Of a stretch of DNA of 62,186 bases, positions 58,498 through 62,186 are shown in pieces; position 1 is the stretch's first letter, and each line of letters starts with the position of its first letter. The notes under the pieces are model-generated. The model saw only the letters and a list, made by a program, of their open reading frames with translations. It did not search any database and was not told the DNA's origin. Source of the DNA: a virus (Duplodnaviria > Caudoviricetes); the IMG/VR virus record IMGVR_UViG_3300049509_000001, positions 1 to 62,186 of that record; one strand, 5' to 3'. The translations under genes were made by a program, and so were the position numbers.

Positions 58498-58694
58498 CAC
58501 GCCCCTCTGTCATCCAATCACCCACACCTGTCTCGTCTCTTTCTTCTCCCCCGCTACCACGCGCATGCAGATTTGATAAAACTCCCCCACCGCCTCAGGC
58601 TTGCAGCGGCGACACAGCCCGTCGTCATTAAGTCGGTCGAGATCGCCGCATGACCAGCAGAGCCAGCGTGTGTCGTGAGTGTTCCCAGTGTGGT

Positions 58695-58937
58695 TCATGG
58701 CACCCGTATCCATCCCTGAATCGTAACCGTCATCAATAGCAGGATCGCATAAGTCGCCACCGCCCCTCGTGCTGTGAATCTATAGAGTCGCACGATAATC
58801 AGGCTGAGAATCGCAGGTAGTACGCTGATGAATACTGCGTATCCAATCCGGTTTAGTGGATTAAGATTAAAAACGAGTGCGTAGAGAAGTAGTACGAGCA
58901 TGAAAGTTGCGACTGAGCAGAGCGAGATAGCTTTCAT
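58695..58937 (-). CDS. small three-TM membrane protein
   Basis: Almost entirely hydrophobic; GGAG SD. Confidence 0.6.
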   Translation of the reverse strand: MKAISLCSVATFMLVLLLYALVFNLNPLNRIGYAVFISVLPAILSLIIVRLYRFTARGAVATYAILLLMTVTIQGWIRVP

Positions 58938-59148
58938 TTGTTAATGCTCCATGTTGTTGATGTAAATTCGAGTACCGCCAGAAGAGACGCCCTCCCAAGC
59001 AATCGAGTGGAACGTCTCCCCTGGGTTCGAACTCTGCGTCAGGGTCCTAATCAACGCAGAGTGTTCTCAGTTCTAAATCAACCTTACAACCAGATCGCTC
59101 TTTCCTTTCGTTTTAGATTTTAACTACTTCCCGCCTTGTTCCACACTA

Positions 59149-59586
59149 TTAAGAAACTTCAGACTCACCACCGACAACCCCAATCTCCTTAATCCCAACT
59201 GTTACCGATGGCGGTAACGGTAACTCAATTCCCACGGGACGCCATAGATGTAATGTGTTGAGATGATTGTTTACGTAGTCCGACTTGCGCGGGTGAAACT
59301 GAATTACTGTATCGTCTTCATCCCAGAAGATGTTCTTAACCGCGCACATTTCCATCCATGTTGGTGTAAACTGGCGTTTACCGGAGAAACAATGAACGCT
59401 TACGTGCTCCCACGGAATACCAACTAAGCCAGATTCTTGCCAATACGCGGCGTCACTGGCAATCGTCATAACACGCCGATTAGGAATTACAGAATCGAAG
59501 ATAAATGCTCCGTTCTTACCATAGGTAAAGTCACTGGCAAGTGGTCCGCTAGTTAGTCGGTATTGGTCTGGTACTCGAAATGTCAT
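59149..59586 (-). CDS. conserved phage hypothetical protein
   Basis: WEHVSV...PTW.EMC.VK..FW......Q.HP....YVN.H...LHLWRP. Confidence 0.75.
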   Translation of the reverse strand: MTFRVPDQYRLTSGPLASDFTYGKNGAFIFDSVIPNRRVMTIASDAAYWQESGLVGIPWEHVSVHCFSGKRQFTPTWMEMCAVKNIFWDEDDTVIQFHPRKSDYVNNHLNTLHLWRPVGIELPLPPSVTVGIKEIGVVGGESEVS

Positions 59587-61073
59587 ATGGTCATCGCCTC
59601 CCGATCCTGCACCTTGGGCATAATCTCACACAACTTTCGCTGTAACACCGAGATCGTGAGCATCACTTCCTGCCGCTCAGTTGGAGTGAGAAACTTGAAC
59701 GTGCTGGTGAATGGATCGAATACTGCGAGGTGCAGGTAGAAGCCGAGCAGGAAGTCGTATTCAGTTTTAGCGCTGTTGACGTCCACTATTCAACGACCTC
59801 CCAAAAGTCCATGTGATACAACACCTTAGTCCTAGTGCCATCACGAACAACGTAGACCAGTTTGGAAATATCCCCAAATCCAGTTGTTGGGAATCCCCTA
59901 ACAACTCCCGTGCGTCTGTCGCTAGTGCCCTGTAAGTAGTGCGCGATAGCCTTCTTAGTCATTCGCACTCGCTGTCCTTCTCTAAACTTTTCCTTAGCGA
60001 TGTCCATTGCGGCCTCCGAATTGAGCTTTAATTGCACGTAGCTGACTGATCACCGATTCAAATTCCTTCGCGTCAACCCGCATGGTCAGCATCTTCTCGT
60101 ATTCCTCCGCGAGTACTTCGTAAGTCGTGAAATGGAACTTGCACGACTTACACTCGTTGCGCCGCCGCCGTGCCGCCCCGCCATCGCGTATATTCGTGTC
60201 GATGACGTGCGCTCGGGCATGGCCGCAGTTAGGGCACGAGAGGCCGACGTAGCCACGGTTGTCAGGGAGAGCGGTCATTCGCCTTTCATCTGCGCCATAT
60301 GATCGCGCATCTTGATTAGTTTGCCGATCAGATCATCAACTGCCGCGAGGTTCAGCCGCTGACTATGAAAAGCTGAGCTATCTTTGGCTCGTTCGGTAAT
60401 TTCCAGCATTGGGCCATGCTCGGTTTCGGGAACGATCTTCATCTCCTGCTCAGCCAGCTTGTGGATTCCTTGCGACATCTTTTTACCCTCTGCTCCAGTT
60501 GACGGTCGTCGCTGCCGTCGCTACATTCCCATTCAATAATCTTCACTTCGCCGTTATCGTCCACCGCCACGGTCTTAGTTCCGGTGCGTATCCCGTCCTC
60601 CGGTCGATGAAACCCGCCGCAGGAGCAAAAACCCTCGGAGACATCGTGACCCACTCGGCCCGAGTAAATGTCAGGTGTCGCATTTCTACTCATTCCCGCC
60701 TCCCCGCTACAGTGTGCGCAGCGCCCGTACTTAGTAATCGACCGCTAGTTATCATTCTCAGGACTCGCTCATGCTCAAGCCGTGCAAAGAATCGTTTGTA
60801 ACCTTGCTCGAATCCGGCAGCGACGTAGTTTTTAATCCGGGCTTTTGCGTCAGCGACTACCTTTGCCTGCTCTCGCTTCCACGGCTTGCGGTACTCCCCT
60901 TCCATCCAGTCTGTACCACACGTCAGACACATGTAGCGCGAGCCGTAGTAGTCTTGAAACTCTTCCAGGCACAGACGACGTACTCTGCAGACCGGGCAAC
61001 GCGCAAAGAACCTAGACCACGCGTCCACCGTTGGGCGGCATATCGTTAGCGTCTCGCTTATTAAGCACGTCAT
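59583..61073 (-). other. cluster of small hypothetical genes (59583-59786, 59786-60004, 60275-60478, 60439-60693, 60690-61073)
   Basis: Coupled leftward ORFs. Confidence 0.55.
59994..60278 (-). CDS. NrdR-like zinc-ribbon protein
   Basis: CPNCG....VIDT......RRRRNEC..C...FTTYE, no ATP cone. Confidence 0.75.
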   Translation of the reverse strand: MTALPDNRGYVGLSCPNCGHARAHVIDTNIRDGGAARRRRNECKSCKFHFTTYEVLAEEYEKMLTMRVDAKEFESVISQLRAIKAQFGGRNGHR

Positions 61074-61074
61074 T

Positions 61075-61788
61075 TCAATCTCCGCTTGCTCCTCCGTGGG
61101 CTGCAACGGAAACAGAATCTGGCTGCGTCCCTGAATTCGCCGTAGAACTGCTTCCCCCTCCGTTCGCTGATGATTGAGGCTGAGCATTGCGAGCAGCGGA
61201 CAACGGCTTAAAAGGATGATAACCACCATAGCCCATTGATTTATCGTGAATCGGGTCAGCTTGAACAGAGCGGCACTCTGCGCCGTTGCCACGCCCGTCG
61301 TCGGAGATATAAGCGCACATTTCGTCTGGCGCGGGTCGTCGATCCATTAAACCTTCGCTAGATGAAGCCGGCAATCTCGCCTGTTTCTTCGGGCTCGACT
61401 TCTTCCTCGCACCGGACGCAATAAACGCATGGGCAAACACGTCGTCATTGTCTTCGGCATGGATCGGATCTGTATCAGGCTGTCCGCAGAATCGATTGTC
61501 GGGATACTCGTGAGCGCACTGGCCCTTACTGCGGCCTGAACTATTCTTCGAGGCGCGAGATGTGCCGCTGGTTGGCCTTGTTACGGGCTGGCGTGGCTGC
61601 GGGGCGAGTGACTCCACGGTCTGCCTACGCAACTTCTCCAGTGCGTGCTCAACTGCGTACAGTGAACTAAGATCACTACGATAGACCTCTATCTCAGCCT
61701 CCGTCGCAGCAATATCGGCCTTGACGCTGGCAATCTCCTTGTCGATACCTTCAAGGATTACGTCACGCTTCGTTGTTCGCTTGCTCAT
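61075..61788 (-). CDS. coiled-coil protein with two C-x5-DPIH zinc-finger-like motifs
   Basis: Two copies of C...C-x5-DPIH-x9-HxF. Confidence 0.65.
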   Translation of the reverse strand: MSKRTTKRDVILEGIDKEIASVKADIAATEAEIEVYRSDLSSLYAVEHALEKLRRQTVESLAPQPRQPVTRPTSGTSRASKNSSGRSKGQCAHEYPDNRFCGQPDTDPIHAEDNDDVFAHAFIASGARKKSSPKKQARLPASSSEGLMDRRPAPDEMCAYISDDGRGNGAECRSVQADPIHDKSMGYGGYHPFKPLSAARNAQPQSSANGGGSSSTANSGTQPDSVSVAAHGGASGD

Positions 61789-62134
61789 CCAGCGTCTCCT
61801 CTTCGGTCTCTTTCATCTTCGCCGCCAGCTTACCGCTGATAAAGTCATCAAATTGCATAGCGGCAATGACCATCGCGTCCATCGTAGCGGGTCGAATAAC
61901 TGGACCATCCTGACCATTTCGACCTTGCTCTCGCATTACAGCAATGTAGTAATCGGCGTCTTTGATAATCAGATTGTTATAAGCCTGAATCGCCATCAAC
62001 AATGCCGTAGTGCGCCGCTTTTCTTCCGTGGTGAGATCCATGTGCTGCGTAGTTGGATCAAAAGCAACTCCGGCTTCTTCCAGTACTGCATGTCTGGATT
62101 CACCAATGTTTTCATCTGGTATTAGACTCCCCAT
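61763..62134 (-). CDS. hypothetical protein beginning inside the terminal repeat
   Basis: AGGA SD before ATG 62134, continues the leftward operon. Confidence 0.6.
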   Translation of the reverse strand: MGSLIPDENIGESRHAVLEEAGVAFDPTTQHMDLTTEEKRRTTALLMAIQAYNNLIIKDADYYIAVMREQGRNGQDGPVIRPATMDAMVIAAMQFDDFISGKLAAKMKETEEETLDEQANNEA

Positions 62135-62186
62135 TTCCTGCTCCCTTCTCAATTCTGAATGTCAGCACGTTGTCCACTGGCCCTTG
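62060..62186. repeat. 127-bp direct terminal repeat, copy 2
   Basis: Identical to bases 1-127. Confidence 0.95.

Noticed and set aside
59015-59045. GGTTCGAAC as a tRNA T-loop
   Set aside because: No T-stem, acceptor stem or cloverleaf on either strand
1-62186. Alternative genetic code
   Set aside because: Core genes are full length under the standard code and all three stop codons are used

Overview
The window is an apparently complete, circularly closed genome of a tailed dsDNA phage, about 62,059 bp. Bases 1-127 repeat exactly at 62060-62186, which is most likely assembler overlap. The tail genes suggest a long non-contractile tail. A rightward late arm (about 20.3-49.3 kb) carries terminase, portal, scaffold, capsid, neck, tail tube, a frameshifting chaperone, tape measure, tail tip and a large second fibre/adhesin block. 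Leftward early operons are full of small hypothetical genes. The replication/recombination block holds an SNF2-helicase/DNA-methyltransferase fusion, a phage copy of the beta sliding clamp, RusA, an ERCC4 nuclease, a Cas4-like exonuclease, an SSB-like protein, a Sak4-like ATPase and a D5-like helicase followed by an AT-rich putative origin. I recognised no integrase, DNA polymerase, tRNA, CRISPR array or canonical endolysin. The most unusual part is the isolated rightward operon at 54.8-58.5 kb, in the likely lysis position. It has holin-like proteins, a Tat-signal lipoprotein, a structured intergenic RNA, a membrane-anchored stand-alone PAS domain with FixL-like His spacing and a Pro-rich micro-peptide, but no visible cell-wall hydrolase. 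Other highlights: the clamp lies next to a methyltransferase carrying a clamp-binding-like motif; twin HExxH zincins sit where a prohead protease is usual; a UCC-UUU-CGU +1 frameshift site occurs in the tail chaperone; a fibre-like protein has a signal peptide; a mini zinc finger recurs in unrelated genes; and many promoters look leaderless. All assignments come from reading motifs by eye, with no database search. The host cannot be determined from the sequence.
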